This document shows, one piece after another, positions 1 to 9,600 of a stretch of DNA of 62,694 nucleotides. Origin of the DNA: Myxococcota bacterium (GTDB taxonomy: Bacteria > Myxococcota_A > Polyangia > Fen-1088); assembly GCA_046734815.1 (NCBI GenBank), contig JBKPRZ010000272.1, positions 1 to 62,694 on the forward strand. The letters run 5' to 3'. Under the pieces are notes generated by a model, which searched no databases, was not told where the DNA came from, and worked only from the letters and a program-made list of their open reading frames with translations. Positions within the stretch are counted from its first letter, which is position 1. Every line of letters starts with the position of its first letter. The position numbers and the translations under genes are program-made.

Positions 1-78
1 CCGCAGCCCTGCGCCGCTGCGGCTCCGCTCAGACCCCGCCTCAGCGTTCGCGCTAGCGACCGCGCGCCCCTCACCCCT

Positions 79-106
79 CCCTCTCCCCGCTGTCGCGGGG
101 CGAGGG
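79..106. repeat. GC-rich imperfect inverted repeat (12-nt arms, 4-nt loop)
   Basis: The sequence is ccctctccccgc-tgtc-gcggggcgaggg, with arms complementary except at one position. The CCCCTC/GAGGGG-run composition resembles the right-hand hairpin module of the element at 458-598. Confidence 0.5.
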
Positions 107-132
107 CGAACGATCACGGCAACGCCACGTTC

Positions 133-384
133 AACTCACGCGTGCCCCAACTCACGGGGTGGCCCAACTCACGGGCGCCCCCAACTCACGGGTGCCCCCA
201 ACTCACGGGTGCCCCCAACTCACGGGCGCCCCCAACTCACGGGTAGCCCCAACTCACGGGTACCCCCAACTCATGGGTACGCCAACTCACGGGTACCCCA
301 ACTCACGGGTGCCCCCAACTCACGGGTGCCCCCAACTCACGGGTGCCCCCAACTCACGGGTAGCCCCAACTCACGGGTGCCCCC
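133..384. repeat. Tandem array of 15 head-to-tail copies of a 17-bp unit (consensus AACTCACGGGTGCCCCC)
   Basis: Read directly from the sequence: 12 units of 17 nt and 3 of 16 nt, which sum to 252 nt. Variant units (GGGTAGCCCC, GGGTACCCC, CATGGGTACGCC) cluster in the middle. A degenerate 16th copy (aactcgcgcgctcgccc) lies at 393-409. There are no spacers between units. Confidence 0.95.
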
Positions 385-457
385 ATCGATCCAACTCGCG
401 CGCTCGCCCTCCGCAGCACCGCCGCATGAGCGAATCCCACCCCGCTCGAACATCGTT

Positions 458-598
458 ACTTTCTGCGTTCGTAGCCAGGCTCTGCCTGGCGGAGAGACGG
501 ATCCTTTCCGCGATCAATTCGCCTGGTCTGGATCCGCTCTGCCTCCGGGGAGAGGGCTCGGGGGAGGGGGCGCGGGTCTGCCCGCGCCCTCTTCCCCG
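458..598. repeat. Copy A of a ~140-bp dispersed structured intergenic element (two hairpin modules)
   Basis: The left module actttctgcgttcgtagcc..ggcggagagacg (458-500) and a 55-nt right module ctccggggagagggctcgggggagggggcgcgggtctgcccgcgccctcttcccc (543-597) recur at 56319-56457 in the same orientation. The right module is identical in both copies. The element ends 12 nt before the stop codon of the minus-strand giant gene. Confidence 0.9.
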
Positions 599-610
599 GC
601 GGCGTAGCCG

Positions 611-3600
611 CTATTTCGGCAGGCTGGCGAGGGCCTGGCGGAGGTCCTGGTTCTTGGGGTCGGTCTCCAGGCCTCGCTCGAACAGGTTGCGGGCCTTGGG
701 GATCTCGTTGGCGGCCAGGTGCAGGCGGCCGAGCGCCAGGTAGACCTCCGCCTTGGTGATGCCGGCTGCCTTCTCGTCGAAGCTCTGCAGCAGCAGCGCG
801 CGGAAGTAGCGGCGGGCCTTCTCGGAGTTGCCCTGGCTCAGGGCCAGGCGGCCGAGGGAAGCGACCACCGCGGGCTGGGCGGGATCGAGCTGGTAGGCGG
901 CCTCGAAGCGCTCCAGCGCCTTGGCGCTGTCGCCCCGCCGCTCGGCCAGCCCGCCCAGCGCGCGCTGCACGCGGGCCAGGGCCCGGTTCTGCTTGGCCTT
1001 GCCCAGCTTGTCGGCCAGGCCCAGCAGGATCTTCTCGGCCTCGTCGGTGCGGCCGGCGGACCCCAGGGCGGCCGCCAGCTCTTCCTGTACCTGGGCGTCG
1101 GCCGGATCCTGGGCCGCCAGCTCGGTCAGGGCGGCGACCGCGCGATCGGCGGCGCCCAGAGGACCGCGGTAAAGCGCCGCGATCTCGCTGAGCAGCGCCT
1201 TGCGCTCCGCGGCCGGGGTCTGCTTGAGCCGCTGCTCCAGCAGCTTGACCAGGCGGGCGGAGTCGCCCTGCTGGCGCGCTCGTTCCTCGGCCCCCTTGGC
1301 CGCGTCCGGGTGGTCGGGGTCGGCGTCCAGCGCCGCCCGCAGCGCGGCCTCTATCTCGGTCTCCGCCGCCCCCTGCGCGGCCAGCACGCGGCTGCGGCGG
1401 AAATGCACCTCGGCCTTCTGGCGGGCCGTGCCGGCCGACCTGGCCGCCTTCTCCAGGGCGTCGGCGGCCTCCGCCCAGCGCTCGTCCTGCTCGTGCAGGC
1501 CGGCCAGCGCCAGCAGGGCGGCGCCGTGGTCGGCCTTGCGGGCCAGCACCCGGTCGATGGAGTCGCGGGCGCTCTGTCGGTCACCCAGGCGGCGGCTCCA
1601 GACGTCGGCGATGGCCAGCCGGCTGGCCAGCTCGACCTCCGGGTCCTTGGCCCCCTCGACGGTGGCCCGCCGTTCGTGCAGCTCGATCAGGTCATACCAG
1701 CGCTCGTTCTGCTCCAGCAGCCGGGTCAGGCGCTCGTTGGCGGCGCGGTTGCCCGGGTCGCTCTCCAGGATCTGGTGCAGGTAGCTGATGGCCCGGTCGA
1801 TGTCGGTCAGGCGCTCCTCGGCGTTGCGGGCCAGCGCCAGCAGGGCGTCCACCCGCTCGGCCCCTTCGGCCACCGACAGCCGGCGCAGCAACACCTCTTC
1901 CAGCGCCGAGAAGTCGCCGCGCGACTCCTCCAGCGCGGCCAGCGCCGACAGGGCCGACCGGTCACCCGGCGAGATGTCGAGCACCTCGCGGAAGGCCGCC
2001 GCCGCCCCGTCGGTGTCCTGCAGCGGGCCGCGCCGCAGCTCTCCGATGCGGAAGAACAGGGAGGCGCGCTCCTCGCGCACGTCGCTCACCCGGGCGCGGT
2101 CCTCCAGCACCGCCACCAGCTGGGCGGTGTTGCCCTGCTGCTCCAGCAGCCGGGCCAGCTCGTCGAGCGCCTCGGTGTTGCCCTGGTCGTTCTCGCGGAT
2201 GGCCTGCCAGGCGGTGGTGGCCGCCTCGGTCGAGCCCAGCCGCTCGAACAGCCGGGCCGCCTCGGCGTACAGGGCGCGGCGGCGCTCGGCGTCCATCTCC
2301 ACAGCGCCCCGCTGCTCGAGCACCTTGGCCAGCTTGTCGTTCTGGCTGCGCGCGCGGTAAAGACCCTCCAGCGCCTCCAGCGCGCGGCCGTTCTCGGCCT
2401 CCTCGTCCAGCACCCGCCGGTACAGCCGTTCGGCCTCGGCGTGGTACGCGTTCTTGGCGGTGGCCGCCTTCTCGTACAGGGCGGCGGCGCGCAGGCTCAG
2501 CTCGACCAACCCTCCGCCGCTCTGCTGTTCCAGCGCCGCCTCCATGGCCCGCGCCGCCGCGATCGGCTGCTTGAGGCCCATGGCCACCCGTTCCAGCGCC
2601 TCGGCGGTGTCGGGCACCGAGGGGTCCTCCTTCAGCGAGGCACCCAGCGCCTCCAGCGCCCGCTGGTGGTCGTTCAGCTTGGTCTCGGCCACCTCGGCCA
2701 CCCGGCGCCACCACATCGCCCGCTCGGGCCCGCCGCTCTCCAGCGCCACCCGCACCTGGTACAGCGAGGCCAGCTCGGCGTTGTCGCCGCGGCTCTCGGC
2801 CAGCGGCTCGAGGATGTCGACCACCTCGCTGCGCAGTTGCTGATCGGACAGCAGGTCGCGCAGCGAAGCCAGCGCCTTGGGGTGGGTCGGCAGACGCATC
2901 AGCGCGTCCCGGAACGCCTGCACCGCGCCTTCGCGGTCCTCGAGCCGGGTCAGGCGCAATTCGCCCAGGTTGGCCAGCAGGGTCGCTTGCTGGGTGTTGT
3001 CGTGGGTGACGTCCACCTCCCGCTCGAGGACCTCCTCCAGGTCCTTCCAGCGGCCCAGCTTGGTCAGCAGCACCTCCAGCCGGGCCAGCGCCGAGGCCTC
3101 CTGCCCGGGCACGCTGGCGATCCGGCGCAGGAAGTCCGCCGCCCGGCTGGCGTTGTCCAGCCGCTCCTCGTACAGACCGGCCACCTGCCAGGCCAGCACC
3201 TGCTCCAGCTCGGGATCGATGCCGCCCGACAGCTGCGCCTCGTACACCTCGGCCAGGCGGGCGTAGTCGCCGCTGGCCGCCGCCAGCCGGTTGAGCGCGT
3301 CGCGCGGCCCGATCTCGGATGGGTCCTCGGCGAAGGCGGCGCTCCAGGCCTCGAAGGCCAGGCGGGCATCGCCCTGCTCCTTTTCCCGGATGCGCGCGAT
3401 CTCGGTCAGGATCTCGATGCGCACGCCGGGCGTCTCCTCGACCTCCAGCCTCAGCTCCAGCAGCTCGACCAGCTGGGCCCACTCGTGCAACCCGCGCAGC
3501 ACCGGCTCCAGGGCCGCCACCGCCTGCAGCCGGAAGGCCTCCTGCCGGGCGATCCGCCAGAGGGCCTCGCGCGAGCCCTCGTGGCCCGCGCTGCGGATGA

Positions 3601-6600
3601 GGATGTCGCGGTACCGGGCGATGGCCCCGCTGGTGTCACCCAAGGTCTCCACCAGCTCGGCGGCCCGGAAGGCCAGCGCGTCCTGCTCGGGGCCCCGCGC
3701 CCCGGCCGCCCGCTGGTCCAGCACCTCCAGCAGCTCGATGTGCTGCTGCTCGCGGGTGAAGATCCGGTCGAGCATGGCCAGCGCGTCCGGGTCGCCCGGG
3801 TTGGCGTCCAGCACCGAGCGCAGCTGGCTGGCGGCCTCGTGTGGCTCCTCCAGCTTCTCCTCGTACACGCGGGCGCTGAGGAACCGCAGGTAGCGGAGCG
3901 ACTGCGGGTCGCGCGACAGCTCGATCTTGCGCTGATAGATGTCGACCAGGCTGCGCCACTGGCCGGAGGCGACGTACAGGCGCGCCAGTGCGTCCAGCGC
4001 CTCCTCGTCGGAGTCGTCGATGTCCAGGACCCCGCGCCAGCCGTCGATGGCCTTGGTCGGGTTCTTCAGAGCGTCCTCGAACAGCACCGCCATCCGCTTG
4101 GTCAGCGCCTTGCGCCGATCGGTGTCGCTGACGATCTCGAGGTGCTGCTCCAGCACCTCGGCCAGCTCGTTCTGGCGGCCGGCCTGGGCCAGCAGCCGTT
4201 CCAGGGCCACGAAGGCCTCCTCGTCGTCGGGCCGGGCGGTGATGGCCGAGCGCCAGGCCTCGATCGCCCCCGGGGCGTCGGCCAGGCGCGCCTCCCGCAC
4301 CGATGCGATCATCGACCACAGCGCCGCCGCCAGGGCCGAGTCGTTGGCCCGCTCGGTCCCCCTGGTCAACACCTCGACCAGCGGCTGGTACAGCCGCCCG
4401 CTGGCGGCGAGCGGCTCGAGGGCCGCCAGGTTGCGGGTCGAGGAGACGTCCTCCAGCCAGGCGCGTCCGCGGGCGTCCAGAGCGCGGTCCAGCCGGCCCA
4501 GCCGCTCTTCCAGACCGGCCACCTCGATCAGCACCTCGGCGCGCTTGTCCGAATCGTCTTCGGTCTCGAGCACCACCTCGAGGACGTCGGCCAGCCGGCG
4601 CCACTCCTGGGTGCGGCGGAAGTGCGGCTCGAGGATGCGCGCGGCCCGGGCGCGGTGGTCGCTGCTGGCCAGCAGCCGCTCCAGCGCGCCCAGCGCGGCA
4701 GCGTGACGGGGCATCCGCCCGAGGATCTCGCCGTAGCGCTCGATGGCGGCGTCGACGTCCTCCAGCTTCTGCTCCTCGATCTCGGCCAGGCGGAAGGCGA
4801 TGCCGTTGAGGTCGCCGCCCATCTCGCTGACCTGCTCGAGCATCCACATCAGGTGGTCGCGCAGGTCGGACCAGCGCTCGTCGGCGCGCAGCAGAGCCTC
4901 GAGGTCGGTGGCGGTGCGGGCGTCGCTGGGGTCGATGTCCAGCAGGCTGCGCAGGGTGGCGGCGGCGCGGGCCCGATCGCCCAGGTTCTCCGCCGACAGG
5001 GTGGCGCTCTTGCGCAGGTACGGGATCCGGTCGCCCGGCGAGGCGATGCGGGCGGCATGCTCCTCGTGCAGATCGCGCAGCTCTTGCCAGGCCTCCCAGC
5101 GCTCCAGGGCGGTCTCGTACAGCCGGCAGGCCACCGCGTCGCCGGGCTGGGCCTCGACGTAGCGGCGGTAGTGCTTGCGGGCGGCCTCCCGGTCGCCCAG
5201 GCGCTCGTCGGCCACGATGGCCGCCAGGCGCACCAGGGCCAGCACCTCGTCGCTGTTGGAGGGCTCCTGCTCGAGGTAACGGGCGAACCAGTCGGCGACG
5301 TCGCGCCAGCGGTCGAGCTTGGGGGCCAGGCGCAGCAGCTGCTCCTGGGCGGTGCGGTCGAGCGGCGTCTCCCGGAACAGCCGGCCGTACCAGCGGAAGG
5401 CCGCCTCCAGGTCCTCGATCTGCTCTTCGTAGACCCGGGCGATGCGCTGGGTGAGGGCCAGCCGCCGCGCCGGATCTTCGCTGCGCTCCAGGCGCAGCTC
5501 GTCGATGGCCACCAGCCGCGGCCAGGCGCTGCGGCGGACATAGACCGGTTCCAGGAGGTCGGCGGCGGCCACCTGGGTGTCGGTGTCGGCCACCAGCTGC
5601 TCCAGCCGCTGGATCGACGGCTCGTGGTCCTGGTCCAGCTGCAGAGCCGCGCTGATGTGCACGACGGCCTGGGCGCGGTCGTTCAGCTCGTTGAGGTGGA
5701 TCTCGGCCAGGCGGTGCTGCAGCTCGACGGCATCGCGGCTGGGCAGCCCGCGCGCCAGCTGGCGGTCGAGCAGGCCGCACAGCTCGTGCCACTGCCCCGA
5801 CTCGTTGTACAGGCGATCGAGGGCGGTGTAGGCCTCCTCGTCGCCGGGCTTCAGCCCCAGGACGCGCTCGTAGGCGGAGACCGCCTCCTCGCGCCGGCCC
5901 AGGGTCACGGCCAGCGCGCCGACCTGCAGGCGCAGCGGGGCCTCGGCGGCCGGGGCCTCGCGCAGCAGCTCGGCCCGGCGGTGCAGGATGTCCAGCAGCG
6001 CCGGCTTCTCGTCGGCCTTGCGGTACAGGCGTTCGAGCGCGATCAGCGTGTCGCCGTCCTCGGGGGCGCGCTCGAGCACCTTGCGGTGCCACTCGGTGGC
6101 CAGCGGCTCGTCGCCCAGGTCCTCGGCCCGGCGGGCCAGGGTGCGGGCGATGCGCAGCCGGACGTTGTCGTCGAGGATGTCGTTCTCGATCAGCCGGTAA
6201 AGGTCCACCACCCGGCGGGCGCTGTCGCCGGCCTGGTCGCTCAGCCGTTCGAAGTTGTCCAGCAGATCGGAGAGCTGCGGCTCGCCCAGACCGTCGAGGA
6301 TGGCGGCCGAATACGACTCCAGCGCCGCCGACGGCTTGCCCAGCTGCTGCTCCTGCAGGCGGGCCAGGCGCACGCGGTGGTTCATCCGCTCGCGCGGGTC
6401 CTCGTCGGTGGCGATGTACAGATCGATGAGGCCGGTCAGCTTGGACCACTGCCCCGACTTCTCGTAGATCGGCTCCAGGATCTGGGCAGCGACCAGCGCC
6501 AGCGGGTCGTCGCGGCGCGGGAGATGCGCCTCCACGCGTTCGGTGGCCAGGGGATCGCTGGGGGCCAGGTCCAGCGCCTCGCGCCAGCGGTCGAGCGCGT

Positions 6601-9600
6601 CCTGAGGGCGCCCCAGCGGGCCTTCCAGCAGAGTGGCCATGCCGCGCAGGATGTCCACCCGCGCCTCGGTGGCAGTGGCCAGCTGCAGCCTGCGCTCCAG
6701 CACCTCCAGCCGCTCGGGAACCGCGCCCTTGCGCTCGTACAGCGAGGCCAGCATCTCCAGAGCGGCGACGTTGTCCGCGCTCTCGTCGAGGATGGCCAGG
6801 GCGGTCGAGATGGCCTCGTCCACGTCGCCCAGGTCGCGCTCGAGGATGACCGCCATCCGGAAGCGGATGTCGCGGCGGCTGTCGGAGGTGGTGGCCAGGT
6901 CCAGCTGCCGGCGCATGATGTCGATGCGCTCGCGGTGCTGGCCCAGCCGCTCGTGCAGCCGTTCCAGCTCGGCCAGGGTGGCCGGGTCCTCGTCGTTGGC
7001 GTCGAGCAGCGAGCGGTAGGTGGTGACCGCCGCGGGCAGGTCGCCCAGCGATTTTTCCTCGATCTCGGCCACCCGGCGCAAGATGTCGGCGCGCTCGGTG
7101 TCGTCGGTGGCCCAGTCGGCCTTCATCCGCAGGATGTCCACGAACCCGCGGAACTCGGCGATCTGTGCGTACAGGATCTCCAGCGCGTCGGCGGCCGGCC
7201 GGACGGTGTCGGGGTTGGAGGCGTCCAGGTCCAGGATCCGCCGCCAGGTGCGGATGGCCGCCTCCCGGTCGCCCAGCAGCGACACCTGCAGCTTGGCCGC
7301 CCGGGTGAGCAGCTCGGCCGCCGCCGAGACGTGGCTGGTCGCGTTCTTGGTGGCCAGCTCCTCGTAAAGGGGGATCAGCTCGGCCTGCTTGCGCAGCTTG
7401 GTCGACAGCCGCTCGACCTCGGCCAGCGCCGACATCGCGTCGGGCTCGATGGCCAGCACCCGCCGCCAGGTCTTGAGGGCGGCGGTGTCGTCGCCCAGGC
7501 GCATCTCCTCGAGGCCGGCGATCCGGCCCAGCAAGGTGGCCGCGGCCAGGCCCTCGCGCGACTCCAGCTGCGCCTCCAGCACCGCCACCAGCTTCATCCA
7601 CTCGCCGTTCTGCTCGTACAGCGGCTCGAGGATGGCGGCGGTGCGCTGCCGGTGCGGCGCCAGGGCCAGCATCGTCTCCAGCAGCACCCGGGCGTCGCGG
7701 TTGCCCGGGCGTTCGGTGACCAGCTCCTCCAGCAGATCGAGAGCCCGCGACGTCTCGCCCAGCCGCTTGTGCAGGATCTCGGCCCGCCGGAGCTCGAGGA
7801 CCGACGCCTCCTCCGCCGGCACCAGGGCCTGCTCGCGCGCCAGCAGCTCCTCCAGGTCCTTCCAGCCTTCGCAGGCGGCGTAATGTTTCTCCAGCGCCCG
7901 GTAGGCGCGCAGGTCCTGGCGGTCGACCTCGGTGATCTGCTGCAGGGTCGCGATGGCGTGGTGCCGGTCCTCCAGCAGCGCCTCGTCGATCTCGGCGATC
8001 TGCCACAGCAGGGTCAGCCGCTCCTTGGGCTCGGGCAGGTTCTCCTGCCGGACCTCCAGCATCCGGCGCAGGTCGTTCCAGCGCTCGGCGTCCCGGTACA
8101 GGCGGGTCAGCGAGCGATAGGCCCCGAAGTGCAGCGGGTCGAGGGCCAGGATCTCCAGGTAAACCCGCTCCGCCTCGGCGCCGCCGCCGGGGCGCTTCTC
8201 GTCGATCTCCGCCTGGTAGGCCAGCAGCTCACGGCGGAAGCCGCTCTCGTCCACCCCTTCCAGCACGCGCCGGAGCGCGGCCAGCAGGTCCTCGATCCCC
8301 TGGGCCTCGGGCGCCATCGCCAGCAGGCGCTCGCGGATCGACGGATCGTGTGGCTCCAGCTCGAAGATGCGGAGGGCGGTCAGGAACGCCGCACGGGTGT
8401 CGTTCAGCGGACCCGAGTGCAGATCCACCAGGGTGCGCAGGTGCCCCAGGCGCTCCTCGGCCGACATGCGTTCGACCAGCAGCTCGAGCGCGGAGGCCCA
8501 CTTCTTGTACTCTTCCTTGAGCTCGTAATACGGGATCAGGCGGGTGACGACGTCCGAGACCGCCGAGTCGTCGATCACCTTGGCCTCGAGCAGGCGCTCC
8601 AGGCCGGACACCGCCTCGGGGCTGACCGGATCCAGCTCCAGCGCCTCGATGTAGGCGGCGCGGGCGCGGTCGGGCTCGACCAGCGCGCTCTCGTACAGCT
8701 GGGCCAGCCGCAAGATCGACGCGATCGGGTCGCCGGTCAGCCGGTCGTCGATCTGCTTGCGGACGATCTCGGCCACCGTGCGCATGTCGCCGGTGGTCTC
8801 GGAGACGCGAGCCAGGGCGGTCAGCGCCTTGGCATTGCGCGGATCTTCGACCAGGATCGAGCGCAGGGTCTGGGCGGCCGCGGGCAGGTCCTTGAGCTCT
8901 TCCTCCTCGGCCCGGGCGATGCGGAAGCGCAGCTCGGTCTTCTTGCTGCGGTCGTCGAAGCGTCCCTCCCGCCGGCGCCAGATCTCCACCAGGCCGGGCC
9001 ACTCCTTGCGCTCCTCCAGGATGCGGGCCAGCGCCCGTTCGGCCTCCTCGTCGTCGGGGAGGATCTGGAGGATCTGCTCGGAGCAGCGGCGCGCCTCCTC
9101 GACCCGGCCCAGCCGGGTGACGTACACGCGCAGCATCCGCCGGAGCACGTCCACCCGCTCCTGCACGCCCTCGATACCCGCCGAGAGGCGGCGGGTGAGC
9201 AGCTCGGCGTAGGCTCCCCACTCGTCGGCGTCACGGGCCAGCCGCTCGAGGTCGCTGGCCACCGCCGTATCGGTGGGTGCCAGCGCGTAGGCGCGCGCCG
9301 CCCACTGGAAGGCCACCGTGCGCGAGCCCAGCTTGTCCTCGCAGACCGTGCGGGCGTCGGCCAGCAGGGTCAGCCGCTCGGGCAAGCTGAGCGGCGACAG
9401 GTCGGGATCGGCGCCCGAGTCCTCGTCGGTGTGCTCGAGCACCGACTCGTAGAGCGAGAGCAGGCGGCCCCACTTCTCGGTCTCGCGGTAAAGGCGCATC
9501 AACATCCAGGCGGTGGCCCGGCTGCGCGGCCGCAGGGTCAAGATCTTCTCGTAGGCCTTGATCGCGCGCTCGGGCTGACCGAGGTCGCTCTCGGCCACCT

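Noticed and set aside
133-409. Possible CRISPR array.
   Set aside because: The units are directly abutting with no spacers, the unit length of 17 bp is below the CRISPR repeat range, and there are no cas genes in the window.
159-743. ORFs 159..743 and 209..607, whose translations read PNSRVPPTHGCPQLTGA over and over.
   Set aside because: They simply translate the 17-bp tandem array. Because 17 is not a multiple of 3, the peptide repeat cycles through all three frames. There is no RBS, and they run into the 3' end of the convergent giant gene.
3636-8006. A 1,456-aa minus-strand ORF in a second frame inside the giant gene, plus many 60-500-aa ORFs across 900-11800.
   Set aside because: These are off-frame products with extreme Arg/Gly/Pro/Ala content (for example RRDRRGAAGGPAPRHRDPAADHRGRPPGP), typical of out-of-frame reading in high-GC DNA. 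They lie entirely within a better-supported gene.
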